Positions 24,801-37,100 of a DNA stretch of 64,000 bases are shown here, one piece after another. How positions within the stretch are numbered: position 1 is the first letter of the stretch; each line of letters begins with the position of its first letter. Both the position numbers and the translations under genes were made by a program. This stretch comes from Phoronis australis (taxonomy: Eukaryota > Animalia > Phoronida), in the NCBI GenBank assembly GCA_002633005.1, contig NMRA01000924.1:34206-98205 (forward strand), in the 5' to 3' direction. The notes under the pieces were generated by a model. The model was not told the DNA's origin. It made no database searches and was given only the letters and a program-made list of their open reading frames with translations.

Positions 24801-27800
24801 TCTTTTTGCGCCCTGTTGCGTCACCTAGAGAAAACAGCAAAAAGAGCAGACGACAACATAAGATTTGAATAATCACTCCCGCGGTAGCAGAACGTATCTG
24901 ACGGGCGGTTAAATAGAGCATCAATGAGTGTACAGTGTAGGTGATGTTTGTTGCTGTTAATTAACTGACCTGGATCTAGCATAGACGTTGACGAAAGCCG
25001 ATCATTAAACCTCTACGTTCGGTAAATTTAGTAACTGACTGCGTTGTGGTCAGATGGATTGTTGGAACTAACTTAACGCGTCCTACACATTTAAAAGGAT
25101 TCCAAACCCTATTTTGATTTTTTCTGCCAATAACCCTTCTGCCACTTACTAATGATTGGCGCCAATCTTGAAAGATAAAAGCAGGAATCAACTATGTCTC
25201 AGATTGAGTATTATGGCTCTTGGCCTTTCTCTACAGCTGCCTCTCAATTTCGCTAAAAGCGTACTAGACTGTATGTAGGTTGCGGCTTGCCCGTTTTGCA
25301 GACTTCGAAAAGAGTTCTCAAATTTTCTTCCAAACTTTTGATGGTTGTTGACGATTATAGGGCCTCATTTTGTTTCACGGAATTGGATGGGAATATCTTT
25401 TTAGTAAATGTTAATAGTACAAAATCGGGTTTGGTACCCTTTTAATGTAAGCTTTAAGCCGAAAAGACTGAACGGAAATCGTCATACAGACTACTCGAAG
25501 ATTTCCTATTCCGGAACAGCGTAGCTTAGAACCAGGCGTGCTTTCAATAATGCTAGGACCTACGCTGTGGCCTAGCTAAAATCTAGTCAAAGCCACGAGA
25601 TCTCCATTAAAATTCACGGCAATATCTCACGTAATCTCGCGAAGTCTTGCTTTTTAGCGAAGTCCTAGTGTTACTGAACGGGAGGCAGTTTTATTCTGCT
25701 GCAATTCTCTGACAACGTTCATATATTTGCATACCGTTCCTAAATATGGCGCTGCAAGGTCACAGTAATTTTATAAGACGAGGAACAAACTAAGTTAGAT
25801 GTGTGTATAATGCTGTTTTAGTTCTGTTCCTTTGTAATAAACAGTTTTCTTATGTGCCATTTAGTGAAAAGAATTGCTTTTACAGTCCAGTTCATGCTTA
25901 GAAAGTATAAAATGCAACTTTAGTATTAAAATGTATGTACAGTACATATTAATTCAACACTGTTTGTACAGCAAGTGAGTTATTAGCAAGCTTTAATTGT
26001 ACGCGTCGCAATATCAACCGTCGAATTTTTTGACTTTGTCAATTTTGCGTCAATATACGACATTCTCTTTTGAGACTCAATTATTTCAGATTTTATAAGT
26101 ACTGTCTGTATCTATTTTTGTTCAGTGTATCCTCTAGCAGAGATGGTGACAACGATTCCCATGTACATGTACAAGCTTACAAAACGTCCCAGCTCTAGTT
26201 TTCTTTAATTCGCTTCAACAACCCCTCTGTTAAGAGCACGTGTACTATACGTTCGGTTTTCAGCCGATTTATTTCAAAGATTTAATAACGTCCTTTCGGT
26301 TATTAAGCTGTGTCACTTGGTTCAAGTTTAGGTGCAAATGTGTTCAACAGGTCCTCAACGGATTATTGTTAGATTATACTCCTTGAGGTTTGAAAGACAC
26401 GCCAGTTTCGTGCTCTCAAACAAGTGCCTTGAATTGGGTACTGAAGCACCGCGATCGGCTTATGTTGCAGTAAAGACGTCGAAAGGAAGGTAGAACAGAG
26501 ATCAACTTGAAAATAAACATCGCTAAACCATACAATGTGCGAAGTGAATCAAGCATATCATAAGGCTACAATCACTTTCAATGCCAAAACACACCATTTT
26601 GTGGCTTATTCATGGTAGCGTAGACCATTTTGATAATGATAGCTGTGGCAACAGAAATTAAACAGCAAACACATAGTTTTGTGATTTTATCCCAAGTAAG
26701 AAATTCCCTACTTTGCTTCCAGCAAAGTTATCTGAAATCGAGGCGGTGACCTCATTTGCTGTTTGCGGTACAGTAATGATGGCCGACAAGGACGGCGGAT
26801 GCTGATCAAACCGAGGTCTAATAAGCTAAAATGTATGTGAGAAGAACAGCAGAGATTTAGAAGCACGTTAATGTATACGCCTGCTCGCTAATCCAGATAT
26901 ATCTGCTGTTAAATATGTGTATTTTGCCCTTAAAAGACGAGAACAACTCTTAAATGGGTTGACTGCTTGTGCAAATGTGCCTGATTAATTGTTTTGTTTA
27001 TTGTACTTTGGGCCAGAGGCCTTCAATACAAATACATTTATAGTTTTAATGAAATAAACATTTGAGAACAAAATAGAACTTTTGCTGCCGTGAACAAACA
27101 CCAACAGGTTGATTAAATGCATTTCGCCATTGTTGATTTCAAGGCTACGTGGACAAGTGTTCCCCTCACAAGAGCAAGAAAGGTTGGTCAATTGGTCTCC
27201 GAACGCCGCACTCGAATGGGAAGCATGGAGCCCGTATTTATTTCACCTTGCAGACAGACAGAGCGAGCACGGAAACCGTTATCACGGCACACAGTGGGTA
27301 CGTATTCATTATCACAAGTTTTTACCAAGCCCAAAAATGATACAGTGCGTTCTTAAAACTGTAAAAACGCCTCATCATCGCCACTGTTCGAAATACAATG
27401 TATAACTAGTAGGAAGAAGAACAGACGGTTACGCAGAAAACATTGCGAAGATTTGATTTTGAAAGAATTTGTACACGTATGCATTTTTTTGCAGATACAA
27501 ACCAAATCAGTGGGTTCATGTCGCTGCCGTTTACAACACGAAGAAAATGCGACTTTATATAAATGGCGCTAAAGTCGGCACCAGCCAGGAGCAGTCAGGA
27601 GACATCCACAGTCGAGTTCACGCGACTTGTCGCGGGTTGAATATTGGCGGAAGCGTAGACGACAAAAAACAATATCGCGGAGAATTGGATGGGTTTCAGC
27701 TATGGGATAAAGCATTGCGACATCAAGAAATTGTCTTTAATATGCTCGCTGAAAAGCATAAACCTCAAAAAAGCTTAATTGTCATGGAGACTTTCGATAA

Positions 27801-30800
27801 CTTGAATAAATGGCAGAAAATACAAGGAACATTGCCGAGACTGGTTCGGTCAGATGTTTCGTTAGACAGGCATGATGTCAAAATCTCGAGGCCACGGTGT
27901 GGCCGCTCTATATGTGACGATCCTGAAGTCATTAAGAGTTATGAAAACAATAGCAAGTTGAGACAATGGAAGAAATTACGTTACAAGGTTATTAACGTTG
28001 CCATGGACAACGGTAGCTTTCCAACGGTGTCGCAAGATCAGATTAACAAGCAGCACGCATTTCTGAGAAAGGCGTTTCAACCATATAAGATAACTTGGGA
28101 CTTGTCTGAAGACATCATTCGAAACACTACCCTCCGGAGTAAGACGATTTTATACGGATGTGAGCCGAAGAAGGTTGGAAACGGCATGTGCAATCCCGAG
28201 TGTCAACATCATCGCACCGGAAATGATGGCGGCGACTGCAAGATAACAGACGACTGTGATAGCACTTTGATTGGCAACGGCGTTTGTAATGAGGACTGCA
28301 ACGTGGCCATTAATAACTGGGACGGTGGAGATTGTTGTAATCCTGATGTCACCGACGTAACAAAAAATTGTTTCGACCCTTCTTCACGCCACAGGTAAAG
28401 TAACACAAAAATTACGCACAATTTATCCTCTATTTCTTGAAAAACCTATACCGAAGCTCTAAATGTATTCAGACCGAATTTAGAAGTAGTTTAATAAAAC
28501 AAAATAAACATTTTGCCTACGTCACCATTTTATCAATATTTATATTGTTGCTGCTACTGATATAGTCGTGAAGACCAGTGTTTATATTTTCGAGTTTGTG
28601 TAATAGAATAGAAGTTTCAAACAAATATTTTCTCGCTTGAAATCGGTAAAACTTGTGGGCAACATTTTAATTTTCTTAGGATACAGGCTCATTATTCTGG
28701 TAGGGCTCCGTGTACCAAGTTTCAGCTCAAGTCAACGTAAATCTACACGAAAGAGAGGCGGGTGCATCGAGAAAATGCCTGAAACCTTACCTAGCCTCGA
28801 CAACAAAATTGTGGCCTTTTATATGGTTGCTCGGTATTATTGGAATCTTGATTTATGGGGAAAGAAATCATAAGTTATGAAATAGTATTCTCTATTTCTG
28901 TACCTTAAGCGAATAAGAGTTTCTCCTACATGTACAATCTAATCTTGTAGTTAGGTCTACGAAACGCAGTAGTTCTAAACAATGCATTGAGAATGTTCAT
29001 TGTATAGGACACTGAAATGGTATACATGTATGGTGCAATCGTATACCGTTTTCTATGGAAAGCCAACAAGTTATTTTGGAAAGGCGTACATTGCACTTGT
29101 TCATACGAGTGCATTGCATTCGTACGTACGAATGTGAAGTCTTGTCTTGATCTGGACGTTAGCGACAGAACGTATGTCTCAGCGCCACCTATAGGGTAAT
29201 GTACTTGGAAAGAGTGCAAGGCACGCTGAAATTGTAGTACAAACTTTTTGTTTTGAAAATTTGACATTTATTGCTCTTGTTCATGTGTTTCTCGTTTATC
29301 GTGCATGAGTGCATGCATCTCACAGTGGTAGAATTTATAACATTTCGTTAAAACAAAGTACTCTATCTTTTTAGTCGCAGTTCGATAATCCGGAAAGAAT
29401 GGTGTTTGGTTAATAACCAAAGTTACTGGATTATTAAAGAATGTGCATTTCCTGATCGCAAAAATTAAATTCTCAATTTAGAACTGAATTCCAATTTTCA
29501 AACGGAAAAAGATGCTTTCAGCAATGTCTAATAAACAACATATGTCGACAATTTAAGCTATCATTTCTTGTTCATCTATTCCTTTCCCAGATCTTACATG
29601 ACAACTGATGAATATAAGATAGCCCTTAACATGAGCAGCTCAAAACACCTAAACATCTTCTTCGCTACCTGGACCGCTAAAGACCTGGTCGGCCTAGCTA
29701 CGCTGCCCTGGGAGAAGCAAGTCCACTCCGTTCTTGGTAAATTGCATACAGGAACACGTCTGAATCATTCTATAAGCACCGGATGAGTTTTGGTCACTTT
29801 ACATCAGAATAGTTATTCTTTACATATTGCAGACATATTTTAGAAATAAACAACATGTCTTAGCTTCCTGTATTTCAACAAGTAACATTTAGAACTAAAT
29901 CTGTTGTGCAGGGTAACTCATCATGACGTCAGAGACAAGGGCAGCAAAAATATTATTTTCAGATGTTAGTTGGTTAGTTAATTTCTTTACTGTCAGTTTT
30001 CAGGGTAAACATGGAACATTAGCCGGTGACAATTGGAACATATCGGAAACAAAGAAACGATCAAACACACTATACACCCCTGCAGTGGCAGATCTACGAT
30101 TTCAGTAAGGGGGGTGGGTTTAGGATTCGAAAGAATCCGAGGCGCGTAGCGCCGAGGAGAAGGAAGGACGCGAGAGGGTTTCCCTCCTCCCGTGTAAGAT
30201 TTTTGGGATTTTTAGTAGCTAATTTCGTTTTTCTGGCGATTTTTTTTCCAGTTTTTATTTTTTATCCTGTCCCGAGGGGGGGCTTAAACCCCCTGAACCC
30301 CCCTGTAGATCCGCCTCTGCCCTGCTACAAAGTAAACCGTACACGTTTTTCTTGAAGTCGTTAAGTGATAGGCTCTCCCTAATATGTTTGGGTAGAGAAG
30401 TCCATAGCCGTGCTCCACAAGATCGGAGAGAATTTAGTCCATACCTAGTATTTCGAACATGAATGACATGCAGTGACCCGCGTGATCTTAAATTGTAGTG
30501 GATATCACCTCAAATAGGTCCCACAAAAACTGGGAGACAAGTGGTGCACGGCCCTGAAAACCTCCACCGGAATAGAGTGTTTACGCCTAAGGTCACGTGA
30601 GCTAATGCACAACCTCAATAACAAGTTTCATGGCCCTGTACTGAAGTTTATGACGTAGTGAAAATACAATCACTTTGTCTGTTGTGAAATATAACCGGGC
30701 CACTTTGCGCCAAAAGTAGGCTTATTGCTATAGTTCGTCGATTATCTATATTTAGGTGGAACTGTAGTTCAACCCAATCTGTTCGGAGTACACGGGCGCA

Positions 30801-33800
30801 TGAACAACCTTGTCCACGAGATAGGCCACAATTTAGGCCTGTGGCATGTGCATCACGGAGTATCCGAAATGGAATGCGCAGACGAGTGTTTTGAAACCAA
30901 ACCGTCACTAGAGCTTGGCGATCTCTGCGCAGACACAAGACCGACGACTGAAAATTACAACTGCAGCGACCCCACCGAAGCCACGGCTACGTGCGGCATG
31001 ACGTCATACAGCAACACACCGTTTAAAAACTATATGAGCTATGCAGGTAATTTTATTTTCAATGACTTGAATAGTTTCATGCTCTCATTTTGGACAAAAC
31101 CCTCCTTAGATGATTAATAGCAATGTATGAGCAGTTGGCAAATGGTACCGCGAACGACAAAACATTAGGTACGACATATTGAAGCAGATACTGTGGACAC
31201 TGCAACTTTGGTTTTACAGACGATTTGCACGTCAACTTAACACGGTGTTATAAACAAGCCACCTGAACCTATACCCCGGGGTCCAAAGAAATCAGACAAA
31301 AAATTCATAAAAATCTACAGGTGTCATGATCCCAAACCGAGTGACAACCTGCCATTTTAGATTTACCGCCAATTTGGAATGAAGATCCATTCATGAACAA
31401 TTATATAGGAAGGCCGTTTATTCGACTGTGCTAAGTGTGTTAGACAGGGAGTAAAATTATATCTACACATTGTAACAACGAAATGTAATGTCAGAATAAT
31501 TTAGTAAAATTGCTCTGCCTTATGGGTATTCAGACAATTAGCAAAAACATTTAATACAAATAAATGACTTATCGCCAGGATTTTGAGTGCCGGCTTAATC
31601 GACCAATTAGAAAGCTGCATTCTTGACACACCTTCGTTTCCAAGCCGTCATTTTACCCGACAAGTAACAAGTTACCAGGCGTGCGTTCAGTAGACGCTAG
31701 GACCTACGCTAGGACCTAGCTAAAATCTAGTCAAAGTCACGTGTTCTCATTTAAAATACAAGGCAATATCTCACGTAATCTCGTGAAGTCTTGCTTTTTA
31801 GCGAGGTCCTAACGTTACTGAACGGGAGGCTGCTAAAACTTATTGTGTGTTGGTGGACATTTCGCAAGGGGGCGGAGCTTGCGATAGGTCACGGCAAAGA
31901 CTCCGGGCCAAGACTGGTGGGTGATTTAGCACGATAGTAACATCCAAACTACATAGTAATGAAATCTTGAATGTTGTTAACACTTTGCATTTCGCAAATA
32001 CATTTCTAATTTTCCATGAGGGTCTCGTTCGAATTTGGCTGACTCACCATGAACTGCCATGCTTGTAATAACTCCATCAAATATATTTGATATGCCAGTG
32101 AATAATAGAGATTAAATATTATTGAGAGCAAAAGGATACATGTATAAGGAAGAATCTCTATGTGACGCCAGATGCACTCCTACAGGCTACTACGGGAACC
32201 CTGACGGAGAACACGGCTTCTTTTTATTTTGATTCCGGTTTCACGTTATAGCGATGGTCTTAGAAGAAATTAATTTTTCTAATTCATTACCAAACTGCGC
32301 TCTTTAGCTGAAATTTATCATACTTTCGCGATGAGTCAGGGGACGATTTATTCATTATTCAACGTATGCTGATACATGTACTATGTACTACTCTTTATAA
32401 GCCGGCAAATGACAATAGACATTTGAACAATAGACAAGCAAGTTTGTAAAACAAAAACAAAACTGTGAGTAAAAAACCACCAACCAAACTAACAAAGCTT
32501 TTACGCTCACGTGGTGTCAATGCGTTTTCAAAGACAACATGACTGACATTGAGGAATCGTTCTAGAACTGATTTACCAGGAACTTAGGTCACGGAAATAC
32601 ATGTGCACGACAATAGTCGATGCTTTTCTGATGTTGGTCAAGGCACAAAATTTAGTGCAAAAGGCTGCAGATTGATAACAGAAAAGAAGAAAACATTAGG
32701 ACATCTTGTATAGTACTTAATATGCTATATAAATGTTCACAAGAATATTCGTTTGACATGAGTTCTTTAAATAATATTTTGCTCCTAATACCCTGTACAT
32801 ACATGTATCCTACATTGTACATTCAGACTATGTGAATATTATTGAATGAAATGTCGCTTTAAATTTGTCTTACAGGAGACGACTGTCCCAAGCAGTTCAC
32901 AAAACAGCAGACAGCCCGAATGCACTGTTACATTGACCTCAGATACCAGGCTTGGCAAAAGAAACCACGTCCATCAGCTATTCCAGTGAAGCCACAAGTA
33001 ATTCAACGAATCTTAGACTAATGACGTCAATAGTTTGCAGAACTAGAAAACTAAAATTAAGTATTATATCGTATTCTTTCTGAAAACCTGCTGAACACTT
33101 TATTATGGATTTTTCTGTTCTCGAATTTTGAGGGTAGTAATTACACGATAATCGAACGGTGTTTAAAATGGGACGCAGTAGTGCCAAGCTACATCTCTAA
33201 ATGATGTGATCTTTAAAAAATATCAGCGCCTAATTCTTTAATGAGGCTAATTATCATAAATGTAGGCTAATTTGGCCGAAATGTTACGATTTTGTCAAAA
33301 TCTAGCGTCTCCTGGTAGTGGCTTTAAATTAAGATCTAAAAATCAAAACCAGTTTCCACTGACCTATTGAGGGATTTTGCGCGGAACACCATTTCAACGT
33401 TACGTTAAACAAGCGGATGGGGGTGGGTGTGGGGGGATGGAAGATGAACGTTTGAGAACTCGAAATATGCACAACTGTTCCATGCCGTGAGAGTCCACTA
33501 AGAGCAGTGATCCGGGAATACATTTTACCACTAACCCTTCTCACTGAAACAGTAAAAAAGTGCAAATTTATTCTTTTAAGGTCGTATCAGCATCTGAGAG
33601 AGACGTCCGTATTGCCTGGGTGCCCCCTATTGGGGAGAGTTACCTGGACGGAGATTCCATCTGCAACTCATGCGCGGAAGATAATGTGCTCGTCCAGTTT
33701 GCCTCTCGCGCAGAAGCTCCCGCCGCACACACGGATCACTGGACACCGACAGAAGCCACAGGTACCTCTGTAATTTAATCTTTGCAGCAAAGATATGGTT

Positions 33801-34086
33801 AGATGAATTACACTTTAGGACCTAATAGTTTATTTTATTCAATCACGGTTGTCCCTGACGCTCAAATCCTTTCCAAAATTCAATTGAGCTCATTTGTGTG
33901 TGATCCTGTTCAAGGTCCTCCGGATGCCGAGGTATGTGCCCCATCCACAAGAGCCTGGTTACCAGATGTGTTCACGTGCAACAATAATTGTTTCCTGGAT
34001 CTGTTCTTTGATGTCTCCGTTACACCTCAAAGGTGAGTGGATTCCGTACGTCTGCTAAACTCTACTCTAGATGTTGTTGTTGTTGT

Positions 34087-34121
<35 letters not shown>

Positions 34122-37100
34122 GTTGAAAACCTGTGACGGTGGTGGTGGTAGAGGTGAGATTGGTGAGAAAATGGTGACGATCGACGATGCAAAGGTTGTG
34201 ATGGTGATGATTGTGGTGGTGACGGTGATGAAAAAAGTGGTGATGAAGGTGGTGTTGATTGCGGTAGTTATGGTGATCACGATTATGGGAGTGGTGATGG
34301 TGATGGTTATACTGGTGGTATTGTCGATTAGGACAGAGCTGGTGGTGCATATGGTTAAGTTGTGTTCGCACTATTCAGCCTGGGTAATTCCTTGTTGCGT
34401 CACAAGGTGTACTTTGTGAGTAAAGGCGTTCGACTCATCGACAAAATAAAATAATCCATAAAGTTTGAAAATTGAAGAGTTTGCCGGGGTATTACTTTGG
34501 TTAAACTTGTAGTAATCCAGTAATATGCATTTGTTACTTGGAATATTGGCGTCATTTATAACGTTTTGGACCAAGTGCAATTGCATGTCTATTCTTATTT
34601 CCTCGATCAAATTGCGTCATCACTGAACATCCGAATAAGCTGGAATGTTTTAAATCTTTATTCATAGGCGTTAGTTATACATGTACATGTATAATTTTTC
34701 TCAGTATATCTGTACCTATTGATGACAAGTATTTGATATTAAATAGCTATAACTTCTTTTAAATAACCCCTCTTACTTCATATTTTAAGCATTTCTATCT
34801 GGGTGACATGGAATGACGTGTCTAGCCTCAACGACGTCATATTTTATGCAGAAGACGACAGGAAGTTGTCCCTCGGAAAAGTTCCCATTTTCTGCGACAT
34901 GCCTTTCACAGCGGACGTGGAAACTAAATTCAAAGTCAGACATGTAAGATCTTGATATTTCGTGAGTGATTTGATATCTAAAACAACACAAGCCTCTTTC
35001 GTAGTTATACCGATTGCCTTTCCAGTCATCATGGAGTAACCCCTTAAATATGTCATATTGGAGCTGCCATAGTTATTCAAAAGCAAGGGCTGCGAAAATG
35101 TGCAATAAGTCGCCGAGGATGACGACTTAAAGGTGTAAGCCAAAATTCGTGAAGGACATTATCAAAAGTTCGGAAAGCGGTCTTCTGGCGTGTGCTAGAA
35201 TTAAGTGCCGTTGTCAAATAGCGAAAGTGAAAGGTTGCTTCGGATGAGAATCCCACCGCCAGCGACCTCCATGGCTGTGACGATCAATGAGGATGATTCG
35301 CAATCTGTAAAATGACAGTATGCATGATCAAATACTTTTGTGATCGTTAATGATACAATTGACCGTTTTAGACGTTTACGATGTCTGATGTTTTAGGTAA
35401 GGATAGTTACGCCTTCTCCATACGTCAGTATTGACGCTGTTCAACTAACCTCGGTCAAAGGTCAGGGAGATTGCGCCGAATGTGTTCCCGTCAAGTACAA
35501 GGTGTCACGTGACCCTCCATTTCCCAACGCTAGCATACGAACGGTGAACTTACCGACGCTGGAAGACAGGTTATCCTGAAAGGAAAATCAGTATATTGAG
35601 CTCTTAATACAATCGTATTCTTGAACGGATTGGTAATCAAGTCGAAAATTATCGTTTTGTATTGAAGAGGATTGCTTTTGCCATGGTTTCGGCCATACAT
35701 GTACATGTACTACATAATGGAAAATAGTTGTAAATGGAGTGAGGACATTACGCTTATATGGGAAGCGCTTTAAAGGATACTAAACCCTGTTTTGGTGACT
35801 TCAATCAAGCCTCGTTATATCTCATGCTAATGCATCACTGGCGTTATACATGGTGGAGAAAGCAGAATTTAAGTACAAATTCAGTCTCTGAGTGGTGCGT
35901 TCAGTAGTTATGGAACTCGCCCAACGCGTAGGTCACGTTTGCCCGTTTTCAAATTTTGCTCCAAACGTGTAAGGGTTGTCGAGGGTTACAGAGCATTTTT
36001 TCCAGATGGAAGTTGTTTCCAACATCTGATAATAGTCCAAAACCAGGTTTGGTATCCTTTTCAGCAAAAGTAAGTTCTTTGAAATCGGCGCCTTTAGTTG
36101 CGTCAGATAACGGATGCGAAACAGTGCTCTGCAAGTTTTGGAAAATCTTTCCGAATAAACCTCATTTTTTTCACTAATATTAATTCTTATTTGTTGCACG
36201 ACGTGACCGTTTTTTACGTTCACTCAAAACCGACTATACGGTATACTAGTGCAACTGGGCTCGTTGGTGGCTGATGGAGAAGGAAATGAGTACTATTACA
36301 GAGATAAAACAGTGTGATATTTAGTAGTTATCAAGATAACTGAACTACTGCCTTAGAAAATAAGAACTTAGCACTACTTAAACAGAATTGAATAGAACAA
36401 GAAAGAGTTTAGATATCCGATTATTTTGGGGTGAACGTGCGCTTTCCTCCAGGTACAATTCATGTGTGATAAGTGTTCAGACTGGCTAAAACATTGTCAC
36501 TTTTGTTATTGTTATTCAATAAACAATGTTATACTCATACATTCAGATATCCTTGTATTTTATTGTAGTCACGTGGAAAGTGGCACATCCTACACGTATA
36601 CTATTCAAGCTACGAACGGTATCGGGAGACTGAGCGAGAAATCACCACCCCTAATATACACACATGGAGGGTCATTCTGTGGTGACGGAAACGTTGACAG
36701 GTATATTGTAACTGTGATTGACTAATTTCAAAAAATAGGTGGCTATTTTTGTAAGTTGGTTTAAAAATAGCCATGTTGTCAACGAAGTCTTCAATGCGCT
36801 TGGCATGATGACATTCGGTGCGTTTTGGCGTTTTGACGACAGAAGGCGCCGTTCGCAATTACGTTTAAATAGTTCCCATGAAGCTATCTGTCCTTGGTAG
36901 CTCACATAGACAGACCGTTTACACTTTTTACAGGCCCGTAGGAAGGAAAAAAATACCCCCTTGCTATCGCCACACCCTTCCCCCCGACGTTCTCTGGATG
37001 TCACCATAATTGTACCGGCACCCCCACGTCCGTCGTACATGTAGATGGCGGTAATACCGGGGATGCAGCCATCACGATTTGAGTAGCAGTGAACCAACAA

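Noticed and set aside
34027-34419. His-rich, Thr/Ile-rich and Val/Met-rich ORFs
   Set aside because: Translation artefacts of a trinucleotide low-complexity intronic tract.
36052-36060. Perfect U12-type donor GTATCCTTT in pappalysin intron 10
   Set aside because: It is the right TIR of the Kolobok-like MITE 35774-36058, and there is no proper TCCTTAAC branch site.
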